Positions 15,737-27,002 are shown, numbered from the stretch's first letter. The stretch is 64,000 nucleotides of DNA from an uncultured cyanobacterium (GCA_963706595.1 OY970166.1:2496001-2560000), one strand, 5' to 3'. The notes: generated from the sequence alone by a model not told the origin. Program-made: numbers and translations.

Positions 15737-15878
15737 AAATCAAGTTTAAATGTCATATTAACTTTGCTTTATTAGTTGCTATTACCAAAATCATTTCACC
15801 CCACCCCCAGCCCCTCCCCGCAAGCGAGGAGGGGAGCTAAAACATAGCTTGGGTAAGGTTTCCTGGTTTAATAAGTTA

Positions 15879-16403
15879 TCAAACAGACACTAAGCGTCGT
15901 AATGATTCAGCCCGGCGCTTGGCAATAGTGTTATTGGGGGCAAATTTTAGGGCTTCTTCATACATTTGTAACGCCTGAGTAGTTAATTTTTTCTTTTCGT
16001 AGGCGTGTCCCAGGTTGTTCAGTGCTGTTACGTAGTCTGGTTTACGTTTTAAAGCTTCTTTATACTGGCGAATTGCTAGGTCATATTGCTCTTGACTAAA
16101 GTAAACATACCCTAGTCCGTTATAAATAGGGGCGCTATCTTCTTCCTCTTCTTCTTCAGCAGCTTTGATGGCTTTTTGAAAGAGGGCGATCGCTTGCGAA
16201 AATACTTGTTTCTCTGAAAAAATACTGGCTAACTCGTAATATTCTTGTGCCGTACCTTTTTCTGTCTCCAATTTCTTACGTAACCTTGCTAAGGCACTTT
16301 CACGCCTGCGAGTTTTGAAAATTTGACGGAAGACATTCACGACTGCGAATGAAAGCAGACCTACAAAAATTGAAAGATAAATAATGACTAAATTTTTATC
16401 CAT
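15879..16403 (-). CDS. ycf37: TPR protein, Ycf37-like photosystem I assembly factor
   Basis: N-terminal TM helix followed by TPRs (YNGLGYVYF, ALNNLGHAYE). Confidence 0.7.
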   Translation of the reverse strand: MDKNLVIIYLSIFVGLLSFAVVNVFRQIFKTRRRESALARLRKKLETEKGTAQEYYELASIFSEKQVFSQAIALFQKAIKAAEEEEEEDSAPIYNGLGYVYFSQEQYDLAIRQYKEALKRKPDYVTALNNLGHAYEKKKLTTQALQMYEEALKFAPNNTIAKRRAESLRRLVSV

Positions 16404-16509
16404 TGTCTGCAAACACAAATATTAAAAGCTACTTCTGTCTCTATTATCTGACACTTGGGAGATGTTGGAAATCAGGGAGATATTTCTTCACTTTATTATT
16501 GAGAATTTT

Positions 16510-17361
16510 TTAAGGTAAGCCCCAATATTGAACACGTTCTTTTAGCCAACCTTCTGCGGTATATTTAGCGATCGCTTGATTTACTTGTCGTCTTAACTGA
16601 TCGTACTGCAATCCTTTGGGCATGACTACAGACAAGGGTTCCGTTGATAGCTTGGTGGGTAAAAGCCGGTATTGGGGATATTGTTGCACCCAACCACTTA
16701 GAACACTGGCATCGGCAGCAAATGCTACAACTGTATTATCTTCTGTGAGCGATCGCCCTTCTTGATATGAATTAACTCCCACTAACTCAGCTTTTGGCAC
16801 ATAGTAACGCACTTGGGCAATTGTGCTGGAGTTCTTGATTACGGCGATTTTGCGGTTTGCTAAATCAGTTAGCTGACGCACAGAGGCATCTTTTGTTACT
16901 ATTACCGCACCATCAAAATAGTAAGGAACACTGAAACTTACTAACCGGGCGCGAGACTCGGTTGCTGTGACTCTGGCGATCGCTAAATCAACTTTATTGC
17001 TTAAGACTACAGATAAGCGATCGCGGTTGGCTACTGGTTGGAATTTTACAGCATCCGCTTTCCCTAATAAATCCAACGCCAGACGCTTCGCCAAGTCAAT
17101 TTCTAAGCCTTGTAAATTACCGTCAACATCTCTAAATCCCAAAGGACGTAAGTTATCTTTGACGGCGATAGTTAAATAACCTCTTCGCTCAATTTCGGGC
17201 ATTTGGGCGGCAGATGCCATAAATCCCCAGGAAAAGCAGACAAGACAAAAGATAGTAGCGGATAATACCAGATGTAACTGATTAATTTTTAGCCCTCCTC
17301 TGCGAGACGCTACGCGAACGACTACGCTCAGGGCGAGCCATCTGTTACATCGGTAATTCAT
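16510..17361 (-). CDS. Amino-acid ABC transporter substrate-binding protein (family 3)
   Basis: AVKDNLRPLGF, GLEIDLAK, FSVPYY. Confidence 0.9.
   Translation of the reverse strand: MNYRCNRWLALSVVVRVASRRGGLKINQLHLVLSATIFCLVCFSWGFMASAAQMPEIERRGYLTIAVKDNLRPLGFRDVDGNLQGLEIDLAKRLALDLLGKADAVKFQPVANRDRLSVVLSNKVDLAIARVTATESRARLVSFSVPYYFDGAVIVTKDASVRQLTDLANRKIAVIKNSSTIAQVRYYVPKAELVGVNSYQEGRSLTEDNTVVAFAADASVLSGWVQQYPQYRLLPTKLSTEPLSVVMPKGLQYDQLRRQVNQAIAKYTAEGWLKERVQYWGLP
17295..17339. repeat. Nested small dispersed repeats (SDR-type) inserted in frame
   Basis: 45-nt insert with AGCC at both junctions: a 21-nt CTCTGCGAGACGCTACGCGAA lies inside CTC/CGACTACGCTCAGGGCGAGCC. Confidence 0.65.
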
Positions 17362-17373
17362 CCGTTACAACCC

Positions 17374-17730
17374 TTATGCTTTAGCTTGTAGTGCCAATTC
17401 CGCAACTTTGCCGAAACTAGCTGGATCGAGAACTGCCAATTGTGCCAACATTTTGCGATTTAGTTGGATATCAGCTTTTTTCAAATTGCCGATTAATTGA
17501 CTGTAGCTCAAACCATGTTGCCTTGCAGCCGCATTAATCCGAGCAATCCACAGACGACGAAAATCGCGCTTTTTCTTTTTGCGATCGCGGTAGGAACTGC
17601 GAAGCGCCTTCATTACCTGTTGGTTAGCGGTTCTAAACAAAGTTGAATGGGAACCACGAAAACCTTTAGCTAATTTGAGAATTTTATTGCGGCGTTTACG
17701 AGCTACATTACCGCGCTTTACTCTGGTCAT
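17374..17730 (-). CDS. rplT: 50S ribosomal protein L20
   Basis: MTRVKRG...[14 protein letters not shown]. Confidence 0.99.
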   Translation of the reverse strand: MTRVKRGNVARKRRNKILKLAKGFRGSHSTLFRTANQQVMKALRSSYRDRKKKKRDFRRLWIARINAAARQHGLSYSQLIGNLKKADIQLNRKMLAQLAVLDPASFGKVAELALQAKA

Positions 17731-17749
17731 AGTCTATTTCCTGAAAAAC

Positions 17750-17947
17750 TTACAAATAAGGAAGCATTAAACGCACGTTGTCTTCATCGCGTTCGTGTAC
17801 AAGTGTGGACTTGGACAAGCTACGCTTTTTGTTAGAAGATTTGTGTTCTAAAAGGTGGTTTTTGAAGGCTTTGCGACGCACAATCTTACCTGTACCAGTG
17901 GCACGGAAACGTTTTGCCGCAGCTTTACGAGTCTTGAGTTTAGGCAT
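17750..17947 (-). CDS. rpmI: 50S ribosomal protein L35
   Basis: [14 protein letters not shown]. Confidence 0.99.
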   Translation of the reverse strand: MPKLKTRKAAAKRFRATGTGKIVRRKAFKNHLLEHKSSNKKRSLSKSTLVHERDEDNVRLMLPYL

Positions 17948-18008
17948 GGTCTGACTTTAATTCGACACAATCCATAATTATATACTATTATTTACAGATT
18001 TAAGTGGC

Positions 18009-20456
18009 TCAAGTAACTACACATTCAGGAAACTGACGTTTTAAGGCTGGAAAAACGGGACAAGGCGCTTGTTCTTGTAAATTTTCTGGTTTACTCCAGG
18101 TAAAAGGCGCTTGCTGTGATGCAGACATCCACAATAGGCGCTTGGCTCGTGTCATCGCCACGTAGAGTAAACGATATTCTTCAGAGGTTTTCAAATGTTC
18201 TGCCTGTTTCCACGCTTGGGAAACATCAGGTAGATTCGATTCGCCGTGGATTGCAGTCCGAATTTGGGCGCGAGCTACTTCTGATAAAGTAAAGTCGCCT
18301 AAAAACTTGCTTTTGGGAGGAACCCAAAATTTCCCAGGAATTAAATTTTCATGTAGAAAGGGCATAAATACATAGTCCCAATCCAATCCCTTGGCTTTGT
18401 GCATGGTGATAATTGTCAGTTGACCGCGACGGGTATAACGTGCGTCTAAATCATCTGTTTCTACTGGTTCAAACCGTTCAGAAGTGACGATTTCACTTAA
18501 AGCTGACAGCATTGTTTCCATTGAATTGTTCTCAGCTATTTGCTGGTTTACCCGTTCGGCGAGTTTGTCAGCAGTGGCTAATTCGGCTTGGTCGTATTTT
18601 AAAGTTAAAGCCAGAAAGGCAATCAGTTGATATAAAGGCAGTTCCAACCGAGCGCGGAGTAAACTCCGACACAAATGCGCGGCTTTTTTGACTGTATCTG
18701 TCTGGAGTTCTGCTAAAGGACTAGGATACAAAAATTCTTCTGGGAGACTAGCGAGGGCGTTGAGGTCTTGGGTAGGAATTAATTGACGCTGTACCAATAC
18801 TTCTAAAGCAGCTTTGAGGAAGTCAGGAGAATGGGGGCGATCGCAAAATTGCAATAATCCCAACATTTCTTGGGGGATATGAGAACGGCGATCGCTTTCG
18901 CCTACGTCATAAAGTGTAATTTTATGCTCCTTACACATAGGAGCTAACATCTCTGTTAGCCAGCGTCCTTGACGATTTTCTCGCACTAAAATTGCCCCAC
19001 TTATTTCTTTGGGATTTTGAGTAAACAACTCAACCATTCTTTGGGACAATAATTCAACAGTGTGATAAATATCACGGGGTGTATAAAGTTCTAGTCCTCG
19101 TCCCACTGGTGCTGGGTTAGGATTTGTTTGAGGATCGCCAGTATCAACGGGGCGGATGTTTTGATCACGAAAGGGCGATGAAGGCGATTGCTGATTTTTG
19201 TCTTGATAAAGGCTGTTTACCCATTCTAGGGCGAAGTTGGCGGCAGCGATGATAATTCTGGTACTGCGTCCAGCTTGATCCATTGTGGCTAATTTGCCCA
19301 GGCGATCGCACACTCCGCAAAACTCCCGAAAATAAATCGGATCAGCTGGTGTAAAAGTCGAGTTAATCGCTTGGTTAGGATCACCAACTCGCACTAGGTT
19401 GAGTGGGGAATGGGGAGTTACTTCGACTGCGCTCAGTAACCGGGGGAGTAGGGAGTGGGAAAAAGAGGGAGAAGATTCGAGTAAAAGCCCAATTTCTTGT
19501 TCCCCCCTGCTCCCTGCCCCCTGCCCCCCTGCTTCTTGCCCCTGGTTACTTGCTAAAATCTCTAACAGCTTTGTCTGCAAGGGGCTGGAATCTTGGGCTT
19601 CGTCTTCAAATACCGCAAAAACTTGATTTTGCTCGATGCGACGGGCGCTGTCATTTTCCAGGACGCGCAGAGAGGCTGAAATCATATCGTCGTAGTCGAT
19701 AAAATCACGCGATCGCATTAAGTTTTGATATTGTTCATACAATCCCGCCGCTACCCGCAAAATTCCATACTCATCTGTAGTTTGTTGACTCCATTCCCGC
19801 AGTTTTTCTGGCAATATTCCCGAACTTTTAGCTTCATGAATGACTGTACTCGCCAAATCTGGTAAAACTTCTGTTCGTAACACTGACTGACGACGTAATC
19901 TTTCTGTCTCTTCACCGTCAAATTGATGACCTTCTAGCAACCGAGAATAAACTTCCAGATTGTGATTAATCCATTGTTCTACGGCTGTGCGAATAAAACG
20001 GTGGCTTTGGTTGGGTGTAATTAATGTGACATTTTCTAATTCTAAACCCGATAAATTAGGGTGACGGCTGGCAATATTTAAGGCTAAACCATGCAGGGTA
20101 TAGACAGCAAAGCCTGTTGGCGGTAAAGATAAATCTTTTAAATATCCGCGAATTTTTAATTTAATATTGGCAGCTGCTGAACGGGTAAAAGTAACAACTA
20201 CAATCTGACGACGGGAAGAAGGGCGTGATTCAGCAGATGTTTGGTATTGACGGGCGATCGCGATCGCTACTGCTGCGGCCATCCCAGTGGATTTACCAGC
20301 CCCAGGAACGGCAGAAATAGCCAGTGGACCGAATTGCCAATCTGCCATTTGCTGTTGTCCTGGGCGTAGACTATTGCGGATTGTCAAAATCTTCTCTTGT
20401 AATAGTGACTGGAGAGATTCGTGAGGGACAGTAGCTGTCAAATGAGCGTCTGACAT
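18009..20456 (-). CDS. UvrD/REP family ATP-dependent helicase
   Basis: AVPGAGKS, DEAQD, VGDPNQAI, TMHKAKGLDWD and RLLYVAMTRAK motifs. Confidence 0.92.
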   Translation of the reverse strand: MSDAHLTATVPHESLQSLLQEKILTIRNSLRPGQQQMADWQFGPLAISAVPGAGKSTGMAAAVAIAIARQYQTSAESRPSSRRQIVVVTFTRSAAANIKLKIRGYLKDLSLPPTGFAVYTLHGLALNIASRHPNLSGLELENVTLITPNQSHRFIRTAVEQWINHNLEVYSRLLEGHQFDGEETERLRRQSVLRTEVLPDLASTVIHEAKSSGILPEKLREWSQQTTDEYGILRVAAGLYEQYQNLMRSRDFIDYDDMISASLRVLENDSARRIEQNQVFAVFEDEAQDSSPLQTKLLEILASNQGQEAGGQGAGSRGEQEIGLLLESSPSFSHSLLPRLLSAVEVTPHSPLNLVRVGDPNQAINSTFTPADPIYFREFCGVCDRLGKLATMDQAGRSTRIIIAAANFALEWVNSLYQDKNQQSPSSPFRDQNIRPVDTGDPQTNPNPAPVGRGLELYTPRDIYHTVELLSQRMVELFTQNPKEISGAILVRENRQGRWLTEMLAPMCKEHKITLYDVGESDRRSHIPQEMLGLLQFCDRPHSPDFLKAALEVLVQRQLIPTQDLNALASLPEEFLYPSPLAELQTDTVKKAAHLCRSLLRARLELPLYQLIAFLALTLKYDQAELATADKLAERVNQQIAENNSMETMLSALSEIVTSERFEPVETDDLDARYTRRGQLTIITMHKAKGLDWDYVFMPFLHENLIPGKFWVPPKSKFLGDFTLSEVARAQIRTAIHGESNLPDVSQAWKQAEHLKTSEEYRLLYVAMTRAKRLLWMSASQQAPFTWSKPENLQEQAPCPVFPALKRQFPECVVT
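19402..19545. repeat. In-frame STRR/SDR repeat insert within the helicase
   Basis: TGGGGAA/AGGGAGT and CCCCTGC heptamers plus CTTCGACTGCGCTCAGTAACC; encodes QGQEAGGQGAGSRGE...PHSP. Confidence 0.8.
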
Positions 20457-20524
20457 AAAGTTTTAGATTTTAAATGAATTTGACATGATCAAATCGCAAG
20501 TTGAGCATCTTTCTGGGAAATAAA

Positions 20525-20640
20525 GATATAGCAACCGCCAAGGTGGTTAAGACATAAACGAATAATCAAACTTAGACACCATTCGGGTTTTAACCCACTC
20601 CCCACTCCCCACTCCCTACTCCCTACTCCCCAGCTATATC
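20525..20640. repeat. MITE-like repeat with short TIRs and internal STRR
   Basis: GATATAGC...GCTATATC ends; CCCACTC/CCTACTC heptamers at 20594-20631. Confidence 0.55.
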
Positions 20641-20689
20641 AACAATCATCGATTTACCTGTGGAGATAAATTTTCACTATGAATAAATA

Positions 20690-22357
20690 ATGACAAATCG
20701 CAAACTATATCTACATTATCTAGGTTTAGCTGGTGTGATTGCACTTGGTGCTGTCTTGCGCTTTTGGCATTTAGACTTAAAACCTCTGTGGATGGATGAG
20801 GTAATTACTGCTATTTTCAGTTTGGGGAAAAATTACGATGATTTGCCCTTAGATGTCTTATTTCCTCTGCAACGCGTCCCAGAAATTTTTACTTACCAGT
20901 CTGGGGTTAGTTGTGATCAAATTGCCGAAAATCTAGCTAATCAGTCTACCCATCCGCCGTTGTTTTTTTGTGTCATGTACCGTTGGTTGGGGTGGATGAT
21001 TCCCTTGGGTTCAGAGTGGGTGGTAAAGTTGCGATCGCTATCGGCTTTATTTGGTGTAGGTGCGATCGCCGCAATTTATGCTGTCAACCGCATTGCTTTT
21101 ACCGGTGCATCAGGAATCATTGCCGCATTAATGATGGCTATTTCTCCCTTTGCTGTTTACCTTTCCCAAGAAGCACGCCACTACACTATGCCTATGTTCC
21201 TGATAAGTTTAGCCTTATTGGGACTAATGCAAATTCAGCAGGATATTTTTGAGCAGCAACGCCTGAGACTTTGGGTGGTGATTTTATGGTCAAATGTTAA
21301 TATTATTGGTCTTTATATTCATTACTTTTTTATTTTGGCTTTCATTGCCGAAATTATTACATTACTATTCTTGATATCTTGGGGTAAGACTCAGATACTG
21401 AACAAACGCCAAATTTGCCTAATTTTAATTATATCAGCGACTGGAGTTGTCATTAGTTTCCTTCCCTGGATGCGGGTAATATTAAATCATTTTCAAAGTG
21501 CTGAAACTAACTGGTTACCTGCCACCATACACATTGCACCACTATATCAAACTTTAATTAATTGGATGTTAATGGTGATTGCGCTACCTGTGGAAAACCA
21601 GCCTCTGCTAATTAAAATTAGCTCTGGCTTTTTTATGATAACTTTTGCCTTATGGTTAGGGTGCCAGGTATACAAAGGTTTAAAACTGCTGTTATTAGAT
21701 AATACAAGTTATTTAGCGACATTAACACTTTTAAGTTTTACTATGATTGTGCTAATCCAATTTTTGGGAATAGCCTATTTATCAGGTAAAGATATAACTA
21801 TTATTCCGCGCTATAGCTTTGTTTATTATCCCAGTTTTTGCGCTTTGTTAGCAGCTAGTATTAGCAAAATTCACCAGCAAAAATTCATCATTTTGTTTGT
21901 TGGTATTCTTAGCTGTGTTTTTGTAGTTTCTAACTTAGTGTTTCAAAAGCCTTTCCAGCCTGAACAAGTTGCTCAAAACATGAATTTAGATCCCTCTGTC
22001 CCGATCATGCTGGTGGTAGGATACAACAATTATCAGGATGTGGCTTTGGGATTAAGTTTTTCTTTAGCCTTAGAAAAGGTTAGAAGTAACACAAATACTG
22101 CTGTTCGAGTTAGTTTCAATAACTCCGATAGTATTGCTTTTTTGCAAAGATATCGGAATTCACCTGCTTTCTGGAATCAGCTTGATGAAATGCCAATAAC
22201 AGCTACATCTCCGATGAATTTATGGATAGTTAGCCCCGGAATGAGAAAACAGGATTATCCCCAGCAGGTGGCGCTGTCTGGGGATGACGTTTGTACTATA
22301 GACACGACACAACACTATCGCATAGGTGTTCCCTATCAGCTTTATCGGTGCCAATAA
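20690..22357 (+). CDS. GT-C membrane glycosyltransferase (PMT/GT39-like)
   Basis: LWMDE, STHPPLFF and SQEARHY motifs; many TM helices. Confidence 0.85.
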   Translation: MTNRKLYLHYLGLAGVIALGAVLRFWHLDLKPLWMDEVITAIFSLGKNYDDLPLDVLFPLQRVPEIFTYQSGVSCDQIAENLANQSTHPPLFFCVMYRWLGWMIPLGSEWVVKLRSLSALFGVGAIAAIYAVNRIAFTGASGIIAALMMAISPFAVYLSQEARHYTMPMFLISLALLGLMQIQQDIFEQQRLRLWVVILWSNVNIIGLYIHYFFILAFIAEIITLLFLISWGKTQILNKRQICLILIISATGVVISFLPWMRVILNHFQSAETNWLPATIHIAPLYQTLINWMLMVIALPVENQPLLIKISSGFFMITFALWLGCQVYKGLKLLLLDNTSYLATLTLLSFTMIVLIQFLGIAYLSGKDITIIPRYSFVYYPSFCALLAASISKIHQQKFIILFVGILSCVFVVSNLVFQKPFQPEQVAQNMNLDPSVPIMLVVGYNNYQDVALGLSFSLALEKVRSNTNTAVRVSFNNSDSIAFLQRYRNSPAFWNQLDEMPITATSPMNLWIVSPGMRKQDYPQQVALSGDDVCTIDTTQHYRIGVPYQLYRCQ

Positions 22358-22377
22358 AGATTAGCCTTTAGTTTTTT

Positions 22378-22428
22378 GACTCCCACTCCCCACTCCCTAC
22401 TCCCCATTCCCTACTCCCCACTCCCCAA
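22378..22428. repeat. STRR heptamer array between convergent genes
   Basis: (CCCACTC/CCTACTC/CCCATTC)n. Confidence 0.8.
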
Positions 22429-22432
22429 TCAT

Positions 22433-23521
22433 TTATTCGTCAATTTGCCAGGAATCTTTGCTGATCACATCATCGAAGATTTTCTTAGGACGCACAATTA
22501 CAATCAGTCGCCCCAGCAGAGGAATTTCTGGCTCGGTTTCAAACCACTGAAAGTCTAATTCACCGTTGTGTTCCACAACGAAGTAGCTGGAGTCATCCCA
22601 TTGTCGCCCAGCGCGATCTATAGCAACCAGCACTGGTTGTGGCAGGTTTTTCTCTTGATTGGGGAGGCGATCGCTACTACAGAAAATCGCTACGGGGTCT
22701 TCTGCACTCAATAACACTTGCCAACCTGGTAAAGGTACCCAAGCTTGTTCACCCGCAAATTTGACTAAACCAAATGGCTCGATGGTTTCTACCACAGGCA
22801 CACTTTGCAAGTCTTGTGGTGTTAATGGGAACTCGCCTACTACTGGCACAATCCGAGGTAGTTCTTCTTCGGACTCAAATCGATAAAAAGGTAGAATCGG
22901 TGCTGAACGCTGGGAAACTACAGTAAAATCAACGAGTAATTGTTCGATTTGCTTCCTAGCTGTGGGGGTATGAGCAAAACGTAAACCTTTGGCAATGAAG
23001 CGCGATCGCTCTTGCAAGTCTGTATATTGTCGTGCTAGTTTCCAAGCTTGATAAGCAACTGCATCCCCTGGATGGGCAGTAAAACCTTCTGGTAAAAGTG
23101 GAAAGCGAGAGAAATCTTTAATTGCTTTTGCTACTTCCCGCGCTTCCTCAAGATCGAGTTTGTGGATAAACGTCAGTTCAGCCGCCGCAGCTCGTTCTTG
23201 GTGGGTAAGCAACCTTAGTTCATATAAAACATCGCTACCCCGTGTAGTGTAGTGCGCTTGTGTGGCTTCCGAAGCACCACCTTCTGCTAAAGAATTATAA
23301 ACCTGGGAGCCAACAATTACCTGATTTTGTTGAATTGGTTCAAATCCAGTTTCCTCAAAAATTTGTTGAGGATTGTGACCGGCTTTTAGCAAAGAGGCGA
23401 TCGCTACGCCCCACTCTACCCAGTTACCTTGTTTTTGCCTCAACTTTCGTAGTAATTCTTTTACTACATCGTCATTAACAGCATTTTCAGGATTTTGAGC
23501 ATTGGAAGGTACATTAGTCAT
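22433..23521 (-). CDS. raf1: RuBisCO accumulation factor 1
   Basis: LRQKQGNWVEWG, FEETGFEPIQQNQVIVGSQVY, HPGDAVAYQ, acidic C-terminus WQIDE. Confidence 0.93.
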   Translation of the reverse strand: MTNVPSNAQNPENAVNDDVVKELLRKLRQKQGNWVEWGVAIASLLKAGHNPQQIFEETGFEPIQQNQVIVGSQVYNSLAEGGASEATQAHYTTRGSDVLYELRLLTHQERAAAAELTFIHKLDLEEAREVAKAIKDFSRFPLLPEGFTAHPGDAVAYQAWKLARQYTDLQERSRFIAKGLRFAHTPTARKQIEQLLVDFTVVSQRSAPILPFYRFESEEELPRIVPVVGEFPLTPQDLQSVPVVETIEPFGLVKFAGEQAWVPLPGWQVLLSAEDPVAIFCSSDRLPNQEKNLPQPVLVAIDRAGRQWDDSSYFVVEHNGELDFQWFETEPEIPLLGRLIVIVRPKKIFDDVISKDSWQIDE

Positions 23522-23760
23522 AATTCACAGCACGGAAGCTTCAACTTGAGAGGGTGATTGATTTCTCTTGGTGGAAATCCTATTGTAATCTTTAATAGTT
23601 GTACACGAGAGGAATCATCTGTAGACAGAGGCGATAAATCGTCGTCTCTACAATTCTCGCTAGCGGGGAAAGGGTAGAAAGTCAGATATTTTTCAGTTAG
23701 ATAAATTCACGCAAGGCTTAAACGCTATTTTGAATTAATCTGGGTACAGAATATAACATA

Positions 23761-24736
23761 ATGGCTAATACTGATAGTAATTATCTCATGGATAATCTCA
23801 TTGCTGAAACTCCTACAAGTCACCGTCAATTATCAACTTTGGAAAGACCGACAAAACTCAAAATCCTTGTAGTTGATGATGAGCCAGATAATCTCGATTT
23901 GCTTTATCGCACCTTTCGGCGCGATTTTAATGTCCTCAAGGCTGATAGTGGTGTCAATGCTCTCAAAGTATTGGCAGCAGAAGGGGAAGTAGCGGTGATC
24001 ATCTCCGATCAACGGATGCCAGAAATGAAAGGCACTGAGTTTCTCAGCAAGACTTTGCCTCAGTTTCCAGATACGGTGAGGATAATCCTCACAGGATTTA
24101 CTGATATCGAAGATTTGGTCGAAGCGATTAACTCAGGGCAGGTCTACAAATATATTACCAAGCCTTGGGACCCAGGGGAACTGAAGGCGTTGGTACAAAG
24201 AGCAGCAGAAACTTACGGCTTACTCAAGCAACGCACAGAAGAATTACGCCGTGCGAATTGCCAAATGGCATTACTAACTGTTTTAGTACAGGTCAGCCAA
24301 GCATCTGATAGTTTAGAGGAAGTTTTCACCCCAATTGCTCAGGCGTTTAGTGAAACTTTCAACGCGGATAGTTGTGCTTTGCAGCTAGTTCAGGACAATC
24401 AAGCTCGTAGCAACTCAAGGTTTCTACTGTCGTGTGGGTAATCTAGAAAACTGGCTAGGACAAGATCCACTGACATCTGAAGCGATCGCCACAGGACAAA
24501 TGCAAGTTGCTTTCGATGTGGCTAAAGATACTAAACTGGCTGATGTACCTTACTACCAAGACACTGGTGTGCAAGCGCATTTAGTCATTCCTATTACCTA
24601 CCGCAATGATATGTTAGGAATTCTGTCACTTCAGTGGCAACAACCTGGCTGTTTGCGAGAAGATGAATTAAACCTCATTCGTTTATCAGCAGAACTTGTA
24701 GCAATCACACTTACTAGTACAGCATGGCGTAAATAG
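23761..24736 (+). pseudogene. Response regulator + GAF domain protein, frameshifted (ORFs 23761-24441 and 24434-24736)
   Basis: Receiver domain (VVDDEPDN, SDQRMP, KPW). A +1 indel at about 24400; removing it gives ...LVATQGFYCRVGNLENWLGQD into the GAF domain. Confidence 0.8.
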
Positions 24737-24758
24737 GGATACCATTTCAAACAGTTCA

Positions 24759-24932
24759 AAATCCCAAAATAAAAGATTTTTGACTTTTGTTTTTTGACCG
24801 TACCAATTTGAGATTTTGGATTTTAGATTTTGGATGATTTTTTGGGTTCCAGCCGCTATGCCTGCTCATCAATCTCAAATACTCGCAGCGCTGCGTCAGC
24901 AACGAAGATCGCAAATCTAAAATCTAAAATTG
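24759..24932. repeat. AT-rich STRR arrays in inverted arrangement
   Basis: AAAATCC/TTTTGGA/TTTTAGA/AAATCTA heptamers. Confidence 0.6.
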
Positions 24933-24976
24933 TTTGAGATTAAATTAGATATATTTTTACTCAGAAGTTTTAACCA

Positions 24977-25666
24977 ATGAATCCAGAAATTCGCGATATT
25001 TTTGACCGGATTGCTCCAGTTTATGACGAATTGAACAATTGGTTGAGTTTGGGACAGCATCGTATATGGAAGGAAATGACAGTCAAATGGAGTGCAGCTA
25101 AACCAGGAGATATTTGCCTGGATTTATGTTGTGGGAGTGGTGATTTAGCCTTTCGTTTGGACAGATATGTGGGAACTATGGGACAGGTTTATGGTGTGGA
25201 TTTCTCGCCCAACCTCCTAGCTGCTGCTCAAGAACGCTCCCAAAGCCAGTACCCCCAATCTACTATTTCTTGGATAGAAGCCGATGCACTAAATTTGCCC
25301 TTCGATGATCAATACTTCGATGCCGCCACAATGGGTTATGGGTTAAGAAATGTTACAGATATTTCCCGCAGTCTGGAAGAATTACACCGCGTTCTCAAAC
25401 CGAGCGCTAAAGCAGCAATTTTAGATTTTCATCGTCCCAGAAATCAGCAGCTGCGAGCTTTTCAGCAATGGTATTTGAATAGTATAGTTGTACCAATTGC
25501 CCAACATCTGGGTTTAAAAGAAGAATATGCTTATATCAGTCCCAGCTTAGATCGTTTCCCCACTGGACAAGAGCAAGTAGAGTTAGCCCGTCAAGTTGGT
25601 TTTACATTGGTTACACACTACCCCATCGCTAACGATATGATGGGAGTGCTGGTAGTCAGTAAATGA
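24977..25666 (+). CDS. menG: UbiE/MenG family quinone C-methyltransferase (demethylphylloquinol methyltransferase)
   Basis: FDRIAPVYD, LDLCCGSGD, MGYGLRNV, YAYISPSL. Confidence 0.88.
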   Translation: MNPEIRDIFDRIAPVYDELNNWLSLGQHRIWKEMTVKWSAAKPGDICLDLCCGSGDLAFRLDRYVGTMGQVYGVDFSPNLLAAAQERSQSQYPQSTISWIEADALNLPFDDQYFDAATMGYGLRNVTDISRSLEELHRVLKPSAKAAILDFHRPRNQQLRAFQQWYLNSIVVPIAQHLGLKEEYAYISPSLDRFPTGQEQVELARQVGFTLVTHYPIANDMMGVLVVSK

Positions 25667-25738
25667 GTCATGAGTTAAGAGTTTTGCATTAAACTCATCA
25701 CTGATCGCTCATCAATCCTAATTCTCTTAATTTTTACT

Positions 25739-26974
25739 TTGGATTGGTCTCACATTTGGTTTTATTTATTACCCCCGGTACTGGGTGGCATTATTGGCTA
25801 TTTCACCAACGATATAGCCATCAAAATGTTATTTCGCCCCTACAAAGCAATTTATCTAGCTGGGCGAAGAGTACCATTTACTCCTGGATTGATTCCCCGC
25901 AACCAGGAGCGTCTGGCTAAGAACATTTCTAATACAATTATGGGGTCGTTGCTGACTCCTGGAGAATTGCAAAATCTGGCGCGACGTTTGTTACAGACAG
26001 AACGCGTACAGTCGGCAATTTTGTGGTTATTGCAATTAGCAATTGAACAAATTAAGGTTGACAAAAACGAGAAAAGCGCCAAAATTGTGGCGGGAATTTT
26101 GCGTGATTTGTTAGGAGAATCATTACCTCGTTTGCTCAAAGTTTTGGCAAGACGAGAAGATTTTTTAGAGGCGCAAATTAATCAAATTTTTGACCAGGTA
26201 TTGCTGGAATTACAACTGAGTGAAGAACAATCTACAAGGTTAGCCGATTGGTTAATACAGGTAGTTTTACCCCCAGATGTATTGCGGCAAGTAATTATTG
26301 ATTTTTTGACTGATCGCACTATTCAAACTATTGATGAAAGTTTTCGCGAAAAGACGAGTGGTACTTATTGGGTAGTAGCAAATTTATTTGGTTTACGTAA
26401 TACTCTGACAAGACTGAGAACTTTTTGCTTAGATGAAAAAGATGCTAGCAATGCTCGTTTAGAGGAATTGATTCAGGTTTTGCAAATGCGCGATCGCCTG
26501 AAAAGAGTTCTGCTAGATTTATCATTACAAAATTTGCCCATTGGGACAGTACGCCAACTGCGAAAGACTACACGCGAAAGTGTGCGTCATTATATCCAGT
26601 CCAGTGGTAGCGATTTACTCCAAGGATTAACTGATTCTGTTAACTGGGAAAATATCGCCACATTATTACTTAATCGTCTGAGTGCTTCACCTGTTCTGAG
26701 TTCTTCCTTAGAAGTTGTCAGTCAAGAGTTGGCTAAAATTTTAGAGAGATATTTAGAAAAAGATTTAGAACAAATTGTCGCCCAGGTAATTCCCATATTA
26801 TCGATAGATCAAGTGATTGTTGACCGGGTAAAATCAACTTCACCTGCTGATTTGGAAGCGGCAATTGAGGGAATTGTCAAGAATGAATTGCAGGCAATTG
26901 TAACTTTAGGTGGTGTGTTGGGTTTTATTATTGGGTTATTGCAAGTAGGATTTTTATTATTTACGCAAGCTTAG
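25739..26974 (+). CDS. DUF445 family membrane protein
   Basis: [32 protein letters not shown]. Confidence 0.9.
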   Translation: MDWSHIWFYLLPPVLGGIIGYFTNDIAIKMLFRPYKAIYLAGRRVPFTPGLIPRNQERLAKNISNTIMGSLLTPGELQNLARRLLQTERVQSAILWLLQLAIEQIKVDKNEKSAKIVAGILRDLLGESLPRLLKVLARREDFLEAQINQIFDQVLLELQLSEEQSTRLADWLIQVVLPPDVLRQVIIDFLTDRTIQTIDESFREKTSGTYWVVANLFGLRNTLTRLRTFCLDEKDASNARLEELIQVLQMRDRLKRVLLDLSLQNLPIGTVRQLRKTTRESVRHYIQSSGSDLLQGLTDSVNWENIATLLLNRLSASPVLSSSLEVVSQELAKILERYLEKDLEQIVAQVIPILSIDQVIVDRVKSTSPADLEAAIEGIVKNELQAIVTLGGVLGFIIGLLQVGFLLFTQA

Positions 26975-27002
26975 TTTTTATGATTATTTTAGCAGCGATC
27001 GC

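Noticed and set aside
22376..22558. Short ORFs 22376-22558, 39117-39311, 55210-55392 and 19399-19702
   Set aside because: They are translations of STRR repeats or antisense shadows of real genes.
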